Source of the DNA: Polyangiaceae bacterium
Lineage (GTDB): Bacteria > Myxococcota_A > Polyangia > Polyangiales > Polyangiaceae
Length of the DNA stretch: 32,000 nucleotides
Direction: 5' to 3'
Assembly: GCA_035760985.1 (NCBI GenBank)
Contig: DASTRX010000014.1
Coordinates: forward strand, 40,954 to 72,953
Shown here: in pieces, positions 1-12,921 of the stretch
How positions within the stretch are numbered: the stretch's first letter is position 1
Layout of the letters: each line of letters begins with the position of its first letter
Made by a program: the position numbers and the translations under genes
Notes under the pieces: model-generated
The model's database searches: none
Seen by the model: the letters and a program-made list of their open reading frames with translations, nothing else
What the model was told of the DNA's origin: nothing

Positions 1-2
1 AG

Positions 3-2078
3 CTGGAGCTGTGCCGCACTCAGCTCGGCGAATCGCCCACCCACCGTCCGCTGTTCTTTCTGGCGCAGGCGCGCGTGGCGCGGCTGGCCAAGAACGACCT
101 GGAGGCGCGCGCACACCTGGAGCGCGCGCTCAGCGAGGCCAAGACCACGCAGCAGCCCGAGTGGGTCTGGCGCACGCTGGAAGCGCGCGCCGAGCTGGAG
201 GCCGCCGATGGCCAGTTCCTGACGGCGCAGCGCGACCGCGAGGCGGCCCTGCTGGTGCTGGAGGAGATCGCGGCCCGCTTGCCGCAGGATCTGCGCGAAT
301 GCTTCTGGAATGACGAGCGCCGCAAGGGCCTGCGCGCGGAGCTGCAGTACGCCCGGCCTCCGGCAGAGATCGCGCTGGCGCGCACGGTGCGCTCCGGCTA
401 CGCGCTCAAGCCGCTCTCGGAGACGACCCGTACTCCGCTGGAGCGCCGGCTCTCGCGCATCCTGGAGATCAACAGCGAGCTGCTCGGCGAGTTCGATCTG
501 GAGCGGCTGACGGTGCGCGTGATCGAGTGCGCGCTGGAGCTGCTGCACGCCGAGCGCGGCTTCGTGCTGCTGCGCCAGGAGGACGGAAGCCTGAGCGTGC
601 ACACCTCGCGCGACCTGCGCGGCGACGAGGTGCGCGCCGAGTTTTCGCGCTCGATCGCCCAGAAGGTGCTGGCCAGCAAGAAGCCGGTGGTGAGCCTGGA
701 CGCGCGCCGGGACGCCAGCATGCAAGGCTACGCCTCGGTGCACCAGCTGGCGCTGCAGGCCGTCGCCTGTGTACCGATCGCGGGCCGCGGCGGCCAGCCC
801 ATCGGCGCGCTGTACCTGGAGACGCGGCTGGCGCCGGGCAACGAGTTCGAGCGCGAGCTGCCCACGCTCGGCGCCTTCGCCGACCAGGTGGGGCTGGCGA
901 TCGAGACGGCGCGCCTGGTCACCGAGAACCTGCGGCGCGCTGCCGAGCTGGCCGAGACCAACGCGCAGCTGGAAGCGGCCCAGGAGCGGCTGCAGGAGCT
1001 GCTCGGCGAGCGCACGCAGAAGCTGAAGTTGGCCCGGCGCCGCTTGCGCGACGCGCACGACACGCTCTACGGGCACTTCGGCTATCAGGGCATGGTCGGC
1101 ACGAGCACCGCGATGCGGCGCGTGTACTCCCTGATCGATCGCGTCAAGGACACCGATGTACCAGTGCTGATTTCCGGCGAGAGCGGGACCGGCAAGGAGG
1201 TCGCGGCGCGCGCCGTACACCGGGCTTCACAGCGAGCCAAGGAGCCGTTCCTCGGTATCAACTGCGGCGCCATCCCCGAGCACCTGCTGGAGAGCGAGCT
1301 GTTCGGGCACGTGCGCGGGGCGTTCACCGGCGCCGACCGCGAGCGCAAGGGGCTGATCCGCGAAGCGGGTGGCGGCACCGTGCTGCTCGACGAGATCGGC
1401 GAGATGCCGCACAAGATGCAGGCTGGCCTGCTGCGCGTGCTGCAGGAGCGCAAGGTGCGCCCGGTGGGCGCCACCGTCGAGCAGGACATCGAGTGCCGCT
1501 TCATCTTCGCGACGCATCGCAACCTGAAGCAGATGGTGGAAGAGGGGAAATTCCGCGAGGACCTCTACTACCGCATCGTGGTGGTGGAAATTCAGCTGCC
1601 CTCGCTGCGCGACCACGTGGAGGACATCGCGCCCCTGGTGGACTACTTCCTGGGGTTGTTCGCCGCGCGCTACAAGCGCGACAAGAAGACGCTGACGCGC
1701 GCGGCGCTGCGGCGCCTCGCGAACTACGACTGGCCGGGTAACGTCCGCCAGCTGGAGCACGTGCTGCTCAACGCCTGGGTGCTCAGCGACCAGCCCGAGA
1801 TCGACCTCCCGGATCTGGAGCTGCCCTCCGCCCCCGGCGCCGAGCGGCTGCGCTCCGTGCCTCCGGTGGAGCAGGAGCTGGAGGCCGAGGACCCGGCGCC
1901 GGCGCCCCCTGCCCCGCCCCCCAGGCGCCAGACGCTGTCGTCACACCTCAAGGACGAGAAGTCGCGCATCGCGGAGGCGCTGGCCGCTTGCAACTGGAAC
2001 CGGGTGCGCGCCGCGGAGATGCTGGGGATGCCCCGGCGCACGTTCTACCGGCGGCTCAAGCAGTATCACCTGCAGTGA
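3..2078 (+). CDS. Sigma-54-dependent transcriptional activator (enhancer-binding protein). It has a helical/TPR-like N-terminal region, a GAF-like sensor, an AAA+ sigma-54 interaction domain and a C-terminal Fis-type HTH. Probably 5'-partial.
   Basis: The track ORF is 75..2078 (GTG at 75), but the same frame is open back to nt 3, so the gene probably starts left of the window. Motifs seen: Walker A GESGTGKE, the GAFTGA loop (VRGAFTGADRERKG), ELFGH, and a C-terminal HTH (RVRAAEMLGMPRRTFYRRLKQY). Confidence 0.9.
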   Translation: MELCRTQLGESPTHRPLFFLAQARVARLAKNDLEARAHLERALSEAKTTQQPEWVWRTLEARAELEAADGQFLTAQRDREAALLVLEEIAARLPQDLRECFWNDERRKGLRAELQYARPPAEIALARTVRSGYALKPLSETTRTPLERRLSRILEINSELLGEFDLERLTVRVIECALELLHAERGFVLLRQEDGSLSVHTSRDLRGDEVRAEFSRSIAQKVLASKKPVVSLDARRDASMQGYASVHQLALQAVACVPIAGRGGQPIGALYLETRLAPGNEFERELPTLGAFADQVGLAIETARLVTENLRRAAELAETNAQLEAAQERLQELLGERTQKLKLARRRLRDAHDTLYGHFGYQGMVGTSTAMRRVYSLIDRVKDTDVPVLISGESGTGKEVAARAVHRASQRAKEPFLGINCGAIPEHLLESELFGHVRGAFTGADRERKGLIREAGGGTVLLDEIGEMPHKMQAGLLRVLQERKVRPVGATVEQDIECRFIFATHRNLKQMVEEGKFREDLYYRIVVVEIQLPSLRDHVEDIAPLVDYFLGLFAARYKRDKKTLTRAALRRLANYDWPGNVRQLEHVLLNAWVLSDQPEIDLPDLELPSAPGAERLRSVPPVEQELEAEDPAPAPPAPPPRRQTLSSHLKDEKSRIAEALAACNWNRVRAAEMLGMPRRTFYRRLKQYHLQ

Positions 2079-2093
2079 GCCGCCGGGTCGAGC

Positions 2094-2127
2094 CTCAGGC
2101 CTGGGCGCGGCTCAGGCCTGGGCGCGG
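2094..2127. repeat. Perfect 17-bp tandem duplication (ctcaggcctgggcgcgg x2) at the junction of two convergent genes
   Basis: Read directly: 2094..2110 and 2111..2127 are identical. The second copy carries the stop codon and last codons of the minus-strand HEAT lipoprotein gene. Confidence 0.85.
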
Positions 2128-3902
2128 CTGCGCAGGCGGTAGACGACCTGCTTGAGCGGAGCGTCGCCGGCGATCTTGGCCTGATCGCCGCGCTTCTGGT
2201 TGGTGTCCACCACCTTCTGCAGCTGATCCGCCGCGGCCGTAGAGCCCTTGGGCGAGAGGAAGTCGATGACCTTCGAGGCGGTGAAGCGCACGGCGGCGTT
2301 GTTCACGGCTTCGATGTTACTCACCAGCTGGTCGCGCAGCTTTTCATTGCCGTACACGCCCAGCATGTACGCAGCCTTGATGCCGACGAACTGCGTCTTT
2401 TCGCTCTGGTTGGCGCTCTTGGTGGTCGCGTCGAGGTAGCAGGCCCCGTCCTTCCCGCAGGTCTTGAGCACGCTCGCCGACTGCGCCAGCACGCCCTTCT
2501 CCAGCTCCGTGCCATACTTGTCGGCGGCCGCCGACACGCTCGCCAGCTGATCCGCGGTCATCAGCTTGATCGCCGCCACCAGCAGCGCCGACTGCAGCTC
2601 GTCATCCTTCTTGGCAGCGGCCGTGCGCTGCAAGAGCCAGGGCACGAGCTCGGGATCGAAGAACGAGGTCGCCGCCTCCGCGAGCTGCGGCTTGGCCGCT
2701 TGCCCCGGGGGGATCACCGCGTCCTGCGAGAGCGCTGTGAAGCCATCCTTGAACGCATCCTTGATCTCGGCGCTGGGCGGCAGCTTGGTCAGCTCGCGCA
2801 GGATCACCGCCTTGTTCGTCTCGCTCTGCGAGTCCTTCAGGGCCTGGATCAGCGCCGGCGCCGCGGACGCATGCCCGATCGTGCCGAGCGCGATGGCGGC
2901 GGCGCGCACGTGCGGCGCATCCCCCGCAGGCAAGGCGTTGCCAGCGGCCTTGCGCGCCTTGTTGGCGGCCAGGTCGACGATCTCCTTGTCCTGACCCTGC
3001 AGGATCTGGATGCCACGGGCCACCGCCGGCTTGCCGATCTTCACCAGCGCGACGACGGCGTCGGGCTGCACGTTGGCCTTGCCGGGATCGACCAGCACGC
3101 GGAACAGCGCGTCCACCCCCTTGGGGTCGCCGATCACGCCCAGCAGCTGAGCGGACGTCGTCTGCCAGAACTGCTGGTTACGGAACTCGGTGACCTTGGC
3201 CTTGTCTTGCTCGCCGGGGCTCGGCAGCTCCATCGGCGGCTCGAGCTTGTCGACCAAGGCCGGCGTCCAGCTCGCGACGGCAGCCTTGTCTGCTGCCAGC
3301 GCCAGCATCGAGGTGTTCAGGTCGCGATAGACGGGCCCGCCCTCTTCCGAGTCTGCGCGCAGCTTGAGGAAGGCGCCGAGCAGCTTGTCGGAGACCGAGG
3401 TGAGCTTGAGGTCGACCGCCGCCCGCGCCGCCCACTTCAAATCCTCCCCGCCGCGACCCTTCTCGGCGAACTCGCCCATGGCCTTGGTCAGCGCCGGCTC
3501 GGTGCGCGGATCGCGCAGCGTGGCGAGCAGCTTGATCAGGCGGTGGCGCGTCTTCTCGTCGATGTTGTCGTACTGCTCGACGTAGGTCTTGGTCAGCGGC
3601 ACCACGATCTTCTCGCTCAGCGCCTTGAGCTCCGGCGAATCGCCCTGCTGGTTGGCGCGGGTGGCCGCATCCTCGTAAAATTGATCCAGCTGCTTGATGG
3701 CGCGCGGGCGCAGCGAGTTATCGTTCAGCTTGTCCACCCAGTACTCGGGCTGGCTCTCATCCTGGCAGCCCGCCACCAAAGCGCCGAGAGCAACGACTCC
3801 CAGGGAACCCAATCCCACGGAACCAGCTTCTAGCGCCGGCGCCGCCGTGCCGAAGGCCAAGGAGCTGATCAGGGAGAACGCGGCGCGGCGAGTTTGAAGC
3901 AT
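2112..3902 (-). CDS. HEAT-repeat lipoprotein (596 aa)
   Basis: Within ORF 2112..3950 I chose the internal ATG at 3902, because AAGGAGGA lies 5-6 nt upstream (3906..3913 on the minus strand). The N-terminus has a signal peptide ending in the lipobox LVAGC. HEAT/PBS-like repeats are present (e.g. AAIALGTIGHASAAPALIQALKD). GC3 is high throughout. Confidence 0.75.
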   Translation of the reverse strand: MLQTRRAAFSLISSLAFGTAAPALEAGSVGLGSLGVVALGALVAGCQDESQPEYWVDKLNDNSLRPRAIKQLDQFYEDAATRANQQGDSPELKALSEKIVVPLTKTYVEQYDNIDEKTRHRLIKLLATLRDPRTEPALTKAMGEFAEKGRGGEDLKWAARAAVDLKLTSVSDKLLGAFLKLRADSEEGGPVYRDLNTSMLALAADKAAVASWTPALVDKLEPPMELPSPGEQDKAKVTEFRNQQFWQTTSAQLLGVIGDPKGVDALFRVLVDPGKANVQPDAVVALVKIGKPAVARGIQILQGQDKEIVDLAANKARKAAGNALPAGDAPHVRAAAIALGTIGHASAAPALIQALKDSQSETNKAVILRELTKLPPSAEIKDAFKDGFTALSQDAVIPPGQAAKPQLAEAATSFFDPELVPWLLQRTAAAKKDDELQSALLVAAIKLMTADQLASVSAAADKYGTELEKGVLAQSASVLKTCGKDGACYLDATTKSANQSEKTQFVGIKAAYMLGVYGNEKLRDQLVSNIEAVNNAAVRFTASKVIDFLSPKGSTAAADQLQKVVDTNQKRGDQAKIAGDAPLKQVVYRLRSRAQA

Positions 3903-3936
3903 GAATTCCTCCTTGGTGGGCACGAGCCTGGAAAAA

Positions 3937-3966
3937 AAGGTAGGCCGCATTGCGCTCGGGTGTCAA
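3937..3966 (-). promoter_or_regulatory. Putative sigma-70-like promoter for the HEAT lipoprotein gene
   Basis: On the minus strand there is a perfect TTGACA (3966..3961), an 18-nt spacer, then TACCTT (3942..3937) followed by a T-run. This is about 35 nt upstream of the ATG at 3902. It is a motif match only. Confidence 0.3.
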
Positions 3967-3982
3967 CGAAGCCACAGCTCGC

Positions 3983-4009
3983 GCGCGCTGACGCGACGCA
4001 TCAGCGCGC
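3983..4009 (-). terminator. GC-rich hairpin immediately downstream of the IMPase/CysQ-family gene
   Basis: gcgcgctga (3983..3991) and tcagcgcgc (4001..4009) form a perfect 9-bp stem with a 9-nt loop. The hairpin abuts the stop codon at 4010..4012. There is no clear U-tract. Confidence 0.4.
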
Positions 4010-4822
4010 TCAGGCGTCAGACGCGAGACGATCGAGCAAGGCGCGATGCAAGCCGGGATTCGCCGCCAGCAGCCCGTGCTCGATCTCCATGCTCTCGGCT
4101 CGGTAATCCAGCGGCTCTCCCCGCGCGTCGCTGACGCAGCCGCCGGCGGCGATCACGAGCGCCTCCATGGCGCAGGCGTCCCAGTGCTTGCCCGCGGCGC
4201 CGATGGCCAGATAAGCGTCGGCAGCGGCCTCCGCCACCTGGGAGCCCTTGAGCCCGGCGCTGCCCATGGGCGTCACCTGGCGGGGCGCAATGCGACGCAG
4301 CGCCTCGTTCAAGGGCTCGGAGCGCCGGGAGCGCGAGATGGTGATGCGCGCCGCGGAGGGCTGCGCGACCTCTCCCACGTGGATAGCTCGTTCGCTGCCG
4401 TCGCTGTCGCGTCGATAAGCACCGAGACCGCGCTCGCCGAACCAGAGCGTGCCGGTGGCGGGCGCATACACGGCGCCGAGCGTGACCAGATGCTCCACCA
4501 GCAGGCCGATCATCACCACGAACTGGCCGTTGCGCGCCACGAACTCGCGCGTCCCGTCGAGCGGGTCGACGAAGAAGACGCGCTCGGCGCTGCGGTAGCC
4601 GACGTAGGCGTCCTCCGGGCTCTCCTCGGCCACGATCGCCGCGTCCGGAAAGCGCGCGAGCAAGCGCTCGCAGATCAGCTGGTTGGCGCTGCGGTCGGCT
4701 TCCGTAACCGGGTCGCCCGGGCTCTTGTACTCGACCCGGAATTCGTTGGCGTAGATCTGCCGGATGATCTGGCCGGCGTCCTGTGCGATGGCGCACACCG
4801 CGTCCAGGTCGGCACGAGTCAC
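4010..4822 (-). CDS. Inositol monophosphatase family protein (CysQ/SuhB-like phosphatase), 270 aa
   Basis: Motifs seen: EADRSAN, VDPLDGTREF, and WDACAMEALV (WD..A). I chose the GTG at 4822 rather than the ORF maximum (5140), because the extension is Arg/Ala-rich and lies inside the upstream gene. GTG 4822..4820 overlaps the upstream TGA 4821..4819 (GTGA coupling). Confidence 0.85.
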   Translation of the reverse strand: MTRADLDAVCAIAQDAGQIIRQIYANEFRVEYKSPGDPVTEADRSANQLICERLLARFPDAAIVAEESPEDAYVGYRSAERVFFVDPLDGTREFVARNGQFVVMIGLLVEHLVTLGAVYAPATGTLWFGERGLGAYRRDSDGSERAIHVGEVAQPSAARITISRSRRSEPLNEALRRIAPRQVTPMGSAGLKGSQVAEAAADAYLAIGAAGKHWDACAMEALVIAAGGCVSDARGEPLDYRAESMEIEHGLLAANPGLHRALLDRLASDA

Positions 4823-5754
4823 CGAGCCCCTCCCAGCCGAGCCACCTGCTCCCGCGCGCGCGCGACCACGCCGGGCCCGAGATATTCCGGGCCCTGCCCT
4901 GCCTCGCGCACCAGCTGATCCAGCTGCACCCGGTTGCGCGGACCGATCACCGCGCTGCTCACCACGGGATTCGAGAGCACGAAGCGCAGCGCGGCGGCGC
5001 GCAGGGTCAGCACCTCGCCGCCCAGCATGCCGGAGACGATCGACAGCTGGCGCAGGCGGCTGCGCAGCTGCTCGGTGGTCCAGCGCTCGGCGCGGTGATC
5101 GCCGGGCGGGAAGGTCTTGTTGTCGGGCCATTGCCCGCACAACAGCCCGTACGACAGCACCGAGCGAGCCAGCACCGCCACCTGCCGCCCCGCGAAGTCG
5201 AGGTTCTCCAGGTCATTGCTGGAGAAGATATTGTAGGCCACCTCCAGCACCTCGGCGCCTCGCACCAGGGCGGCCTGGGCCACTGCCTGCGACCCCGCGC
5301 TCACGCCCCAGGCGCCGATCTTGCCCTCCGCCTTCAGCTCGATCAGAGCCTCGCAGGCCGTACCTTGCTCCAGCGTCTGCACGCAGGGGTTGTGCAGCAG
5401 CACCGCGTCGAGACACGGCCGTTGCAGGCGCCGGCTGCTCGCCTCACAACGTTCGCGCAGGTACTCCCGATCGAAGCGCTTGCGCGCCGGTGCCGACAGC
5501 AGATCCGTGCCGAGCTTGGTCACGAAGCACACTTCGGCGTCCGCGCCGAGCAGGCGGCCCAGACGCTCTTCCATCGAGCCGGAGCCGTAGACGTCCGCTG
5601 TCTCGTACAGCGTCAGGCCATAGGCCCGTGCGCGAGTGATCACCTCGTCCTGGACCTGCTCGCTGACGGGCCCGTAGCCATCCCCGGACAGGCCCCAGGT
5701 GCCGAGCGACAGCTCTGACACGACACGTCCGGAGGTGAAAGGTCTCGTTCTCAT
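4819..5754 (-). CDS. Aldo/keto reductase family oxidoreductase (311 aa)
   Basis: The N-terminus has the AKR pattern (LSLGTWGLSGDGYG ... YETADVYGSGSMEERLG). It shows a 4-nt start/stop overlap with the downstream phosphatase gene. Confidence 0.85.
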   Translation of the reverse strand: MRTRPFTSGRVVSELSLGTWGLSGDGYGPVSEQVQDEVITRARAYGLTLYETADVYGSGSMEERLGRLLGADAEVCFVTKLGTDLLSAPARKRFDREYLRERCEASSRRLQRPCLDAVLLHNPCVQTLEQGTACEALIELKAEGKIGAWGVSAGSQAVAQAALVRGAEVLEVAYNIFSSNDLENLDFAGRQVAVLARSVLSYGLLCGQWPDNKTFPPGDHRAERWTTEQLRSRLRQLSIVSGMLGGEVLTLRAAALRFVLSNPVVSSAVIGPRNRVQLDQLVREAGQGPEYLGPGVVARAREQVARLGGAR

Positions 5755-5840
5755 GAAGGCAGGGTGCCAACGTCTGGCACGAGCCCCTTAGCACGAGGCC
5801 TCCTCCGATCACCCGTGAAACGCCCAATGGCTCGTCGGCC

Positions 5841-5863
5841 AAAACCCCGATCCTTGCGGGGTT
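5841..5863 (-). terminator. Rho-independent terminator downstream of the 5885..6349 gene
   Basis: The minus-strand RNA reads AACCCCG-CAAGGAU-CGGGGUU followed by UU: a 7-bp stem, a 7-nt loop and a U-run. It lies 22-44 nt after the stop at 5885. Confidence 0.6.
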
Positions 5864-5884
5864 ACGGCTTCAGGGTCCGGCGCT

Positions 5885-6349
5885 TCAGGGCAGCGTCGCC
5901 AGCCAGCGCATCAGGAACGAGGCGTTGAGCCAAAGCAACAGCAGGGCCGCCACGATCCAGGGCCCGTAGCTGCGCGCCCAGCTCCAGCCCGAGCGCACCG
6001 GCCGCGCCTCGTCCGCGATCAGATGCTCAAGGCCGTAATCCGCAGCCAGCGACCCCGCCGACCTGCGGCTGCTCGAGTGCGGCGCTTCGTCCAGCTCGCT
6101 GCCCTGCTCGGCCGCGACAGGCTCCCCTGGCGCGGGCGAGTACAGACCGAGGTCCGCCGGCGGCTCCGGCTCGTTCATGGCTCGTGCGGCCTGCAGCAGC
6201 GCCACCGTGGGGACCGGCGTCGTGATCGCATCGTGCTCGGCCTGGCTCGCGCCCGGCAGAGATCCCGCGGGCCGCCGGTGCAAGCCAGAGTTGCCATTTT
6301 GAGCGTGCCAACCCCAGGGGGCGAGGCGAGGTTTCGTTTGCGATGTCAT
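5885..6349 (-). CDS. Hypothetical small protein with a C-terminal transmembrane helix
   Basis: ORF 5885..6349. The C-terminal hydrophobic segment is YGPWIVAALLLLWLNASFLM. GC3 is high only from roughly the internal ATG at 6178 (MNEPEPPADL...), so the real start may be 6178. No family was recognised. Confidence 0.45.
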   Translation of the reverse strand: MTSQTKPRLAPWGWHAQNGNSGLHRRPAGSLPGASQAEHDAITTPVPTVALLQAARAMNEPEPPADLGLYSPAPGEPVAAEQGSELDEAPHSSSRRSAGSLAADYGLEHLIADEARPVRSGWSWARSYGPWIVAALLLLWLNASFLMRWLATLP

Positions 6350-6432
6350 CTGCGGAGATCGAGCCCCATTAGCCTAGGACCAGGGGAAGAGCACTCACCC
6401 TTCGGGTCAGCGAGAGCGGAGGTCAGCCGAGC

Positions 6433-7656
<1,224 letters not shown>

Positions 7657-7720
7657 ATTCTAGCCGCCCTCTCGTTGTGGTTCGGGGGACCGGGGTGCAC
7701 CCCCGCAAAAGAAATCGTGC

Positions 7721-10546
<2,826 letters not shown>

Positions 10547-10554
<8 letters not shown>

Positions 10555-11710
10555 CCTCGCCTCCTTTGGCCGGCTCCGGCGCGGGCTGGGCTTTGGCCCG
10601 CACGGCCTCCGGCAGGGCATGCAGCCCCTGCTCGAGCTGCTGCAAGACTTGATGCGCCCGCTCCGCGCTGGGCGCGCTGCTCACGCCGAGCACCCAGCGG
10701 TCGCTGGCGCTGGCGCCCGAGAAGCTGCCGAGGAACTCGTCCTTGAACAGCGGCACGCCCGCGGGCGTCTGGCCCGCCGCGGCACCCAGGCTGCGGAAGC
10801 CGTCCTGAAACTGCTTGGCCATGCTGGCCGCGGCGGCGGCGTCCGCCTTCACGGCCACGAACGCCTCCATGTTCTCCTGCGAGTTGGCGGCGCTCAGCGA
10901 GACCTTGTACACGTCGTGCGCGAAGCCGAAGGAGAAGGCGTTCTCGCGCGCGTAGCTCACCTGCGACGCCGGCAGCTTCAGCTGATCCACGAACAGGTCG
11001 AAGGCCCACGGCAGCTCTTCTGCCGGCAGCTTCGCCCGCAGCAGCTCGAGCAGACGCTTCACCTCCGCCACGACCTCGGGCGACTCATCCGAGCCGACGA
11101 AGCGCGCATAGTACGGGCCGCGCGTGAGAAACGCCGCGTTGCGATCGAAGCGGAAGGTGCTGCCGCTCTCCACCGTGGACTCCGCGCCGGGAGCGCGCTC
11201 GCCGTTGTAGCAGCCGAGCGCGTTGCGCGAAGCGCCGAGGTCGTACAGCTCGATCTCGACGCTGGCTCCGGAAGCGTTCTCGAGCGTGACCGAGTGCATG
11301 CTCTTCAGGCCGAAGCCCAGGTAGTACTCGGCGCGGCCGTCGATCTTCACGTACAGATTGTCGGGCGTGTACGCGCCGATCTTGCCTTCGTGGAACGCGC
11401 CCGCAGCGAGATCCGTCGGCAACGGGCCGCGCTCGCTCGCGTCCGACGCCGGACTGGCGACAGCTCCCGGCACCAGCGAACCGGGCCCGCGATCGGCGAG
11501 CGGTGCGCGCGCGGCCTCCAGGGCCGCGCTGGGCTCGGGGCCCGCCGCGAGCGCCGCGCTCATGTCATACAGGGCAGGGTCCGGATGAGCGCCCCTGTAG
11601 CGCACCCAAACGAACACTCCGAGCAAGCCGGCGGCGATCGCGGCGCCCCAGTACACCTCTTGCAAACGATACGTGCGCCGATAGGAGCGCAGCCCGTCGC
11701 GCACGAACAC
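10547..11710 (-). CDS. Hypothetical membrane-anchored protein and first gene of the Tat/polyferredoxin operon (about 387 aa, start uncertain)
   Basis: The ORF maximum is 10547..11902. I chose the GTG at 11710 because GAGGGG lies just upstream, GC3 rises from there, and it gives a basic N-terminus followed by the TM helix [18 protein letters not shown]. Alternative in-frame starts are 11704, 11800 and 11902. No family was recognised with certainty. Confidence 0.6.
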
Positions 11711-11925
11711 TCGCCCCTCGCTCGGGGTGCCGGATGTCCCCGCAGAGCTCGCCCCAGCTTTGCGACCGCTCTGCTCACGGGCTTCGACACGGTTCGTCAC
11801 GGGGGCGCGAGCATAACGCGGCTCAGCAAATGCGCGCGGGTGATTTCCAGGCGACGTGAAAACGCATACCGCGGCGCGGGCCACGCGGATGGGTAATCTC
11901 ACGAAACTTTTTTCGAGACCTCACG

Positions 11926-11984
11926 CCTGTCGCGGCGCTCGAAGCCCTGTTGCGGCGCTCGAAGCCCTGTTGCGGCGCTCGAAA
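11926..11984. repeat. 20-nt tandem repeat (about 2.9 copies) in a divergent intergenic region
   Basis: The copies are cgcggcgctcgaagccctgt (11931..11950), tgcggcgctcgaagccctgt (11951..11970) and tgcggcgctcgaa (11971..11983). The preceding cctgt matches the end of the unit. Confidence 0.85.
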
Positions 11985-12221
11985 CAAAGCATCGAGCGAA
12001 CGCTGCTGCAGCGACTCGATCGTTCGTCGCTCCTGGCGCGTGCGTGCACGTCATCTCGCGGCAGCGCGAGCGAGAGGCTCCGCGCTGCTGCGGCCGCCGC
12101 GCTGCCGCTCGCTTCGAGGATGCGCGAGCGCCCGCCGCGCGCCGCTTCTCCGGAAGCTGCAGCGAGCAGGTGCCCCTCGCTCGCGCTGCTGGTCTGGGGT
12201 CAGACCAAGGCCACAAGCAGT

Positions 12222-12227
12222 GATAAT
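12222..12227 (+). promoter_or_regulatory. Possible -10 element (GATAAT) in an AT-rich island upstream of the 12383 lipoprotein gene
   Basis: agtgataatgaaaaattccgtt (12219..12240) is a conspicuous AT-rich patch in very GC-rich DNA, about 155 nt upstream of ATG 12383. No good -35 element was found. Confidence 0.25.
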
Positions 12228-12382
12228 GAAAAATTCCGTTGCTTGGGCAACTTGGCGTGCAATGCTGGCCGGAAGCGGCAGCATCGGGACGTGCCGGAGG
12301 CTGCTCGCGAGGGGGGACGCCACGCCGCAGCGCCGTGGGAGGATGCCGAGCGGCAAGCCGTTCCCCGGCGGAGGGAGGGGTG

Positions 12383-12834
12383 ATGCCGACCAAGTTTCTG
12401 GAGAGCCTCGTGTTGCTGCTCCTGGCAACGGGCGGTGGCTGCGTGCAGGCACCGCTGCCGACGGGCGACGGTCGTCTCGATCTGACGGTGGTCCCCGAGA
12501 GCCTGCTCGCGAGCGGCCGCCCGTTGCAGGGCAGCTTCGAGCTGCACGCGCTGGACGGCACCGCGCACGGGGGATCGTGCCGGTGGACGGTGCCGGCTAT
12601 CAGACGCGCAGCGTGGCGCTGGCGCCTGGCGTCTACCGCTTGCGCTGGCACCCACGCCCGCAGCTGGATCCATCTCCGGAGCAGGCCGCGCTGGAGCGGG
12701 CCAACGCCGCATCGAGCGCCGCACACACTGTCGTGATCGCGTCGAAGCGCGTCACCGCTCTCACCGTGCGGAGCACGCTCGACATGACCCGGGCGGGTCA
12801 GCCGCTGGCAGCGATGGCACATCCCCCGGAATGA
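12383..12834 (+). pseudogene. Small lipoprotein gene interrupted by a frameshift at a G5 run (about 150 aa if corrected)
   Basis: ATG 12383 follows GGAGGGAGGGG. The signal peptide and lipobox are MPTKFLESLVLLLLATGGGC. The protein-like sequence switches from frame 2 (...LHALDGTAHG) to frame 1 (GIVPVDGAGYQTRSVALAPGVYRLRW...HPPE*) at ggggg 12569..12573. The span is 452 nt, which is 3n-1, consistent with one missing G. Confidence 0.5.
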
Positions 12835-12921
12835 TCCCCCGCTCGAATGCCCCTGATTGATTCCCCCATGCCCCGGTGGCCTCGCGCGTCGGCGCGACCA
12901 CCGGGACCTGCCATCGACCGC

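Noticed and set aside
4823-5140. N-terminal extensions of the phosphatase ORF (to 5140) and of the glutathione peroxidase ORF (18071..18451)
   Set aside because: The extensions are Arg-rich. The phosphatase extension also lies inside the upstream gene. Internal starts give a clean GTGA coupling for the phosphatase (4822) and a canonical lipoprotein signal for the peroxidase (18070).
5763-5794. Sigma-54 promoter candidates (TGGCAC at 5775..5780, its minus-strand counterpart at about 5764, and TTGGCAC at 22491..22497)
   Set aside because: None has a TTGC/GC element at the required spacing (GG-N10-GC). I found no convincing -24/-12 promoter in the window, despite the presence of an enhancer-binding protein gene.
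7691-7705. Palindrome ggggtgcacccc between the polyferredoxin and Tat-AKR genes, considered as a terminator
   Set aside because: On the transcribed (minus) strand the T-run precedes the hairpin rather than following it, and the stem is only about 4 bp once a loop is allowed. More likely the genes are co-transcribed.
11926-11984. Tandem repeats (here and at 2094..2127) considered as a CRISPR array
   Set aside because: The units are directly adjacent with no spacers, and there are only 2-3 copies. No cas genes are present.
11899-12822. 307-aa minus-strand ORF, and 175/294-aa plus-strand ORFs in the same region
   Set aside because: Their composition is Arg/Ala/Pro/Cys-rich and non-protein-like, and they lack start context. 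Only the frame-2 to frame-1 lipoprotein reading (12383..12834) looks like real protein.
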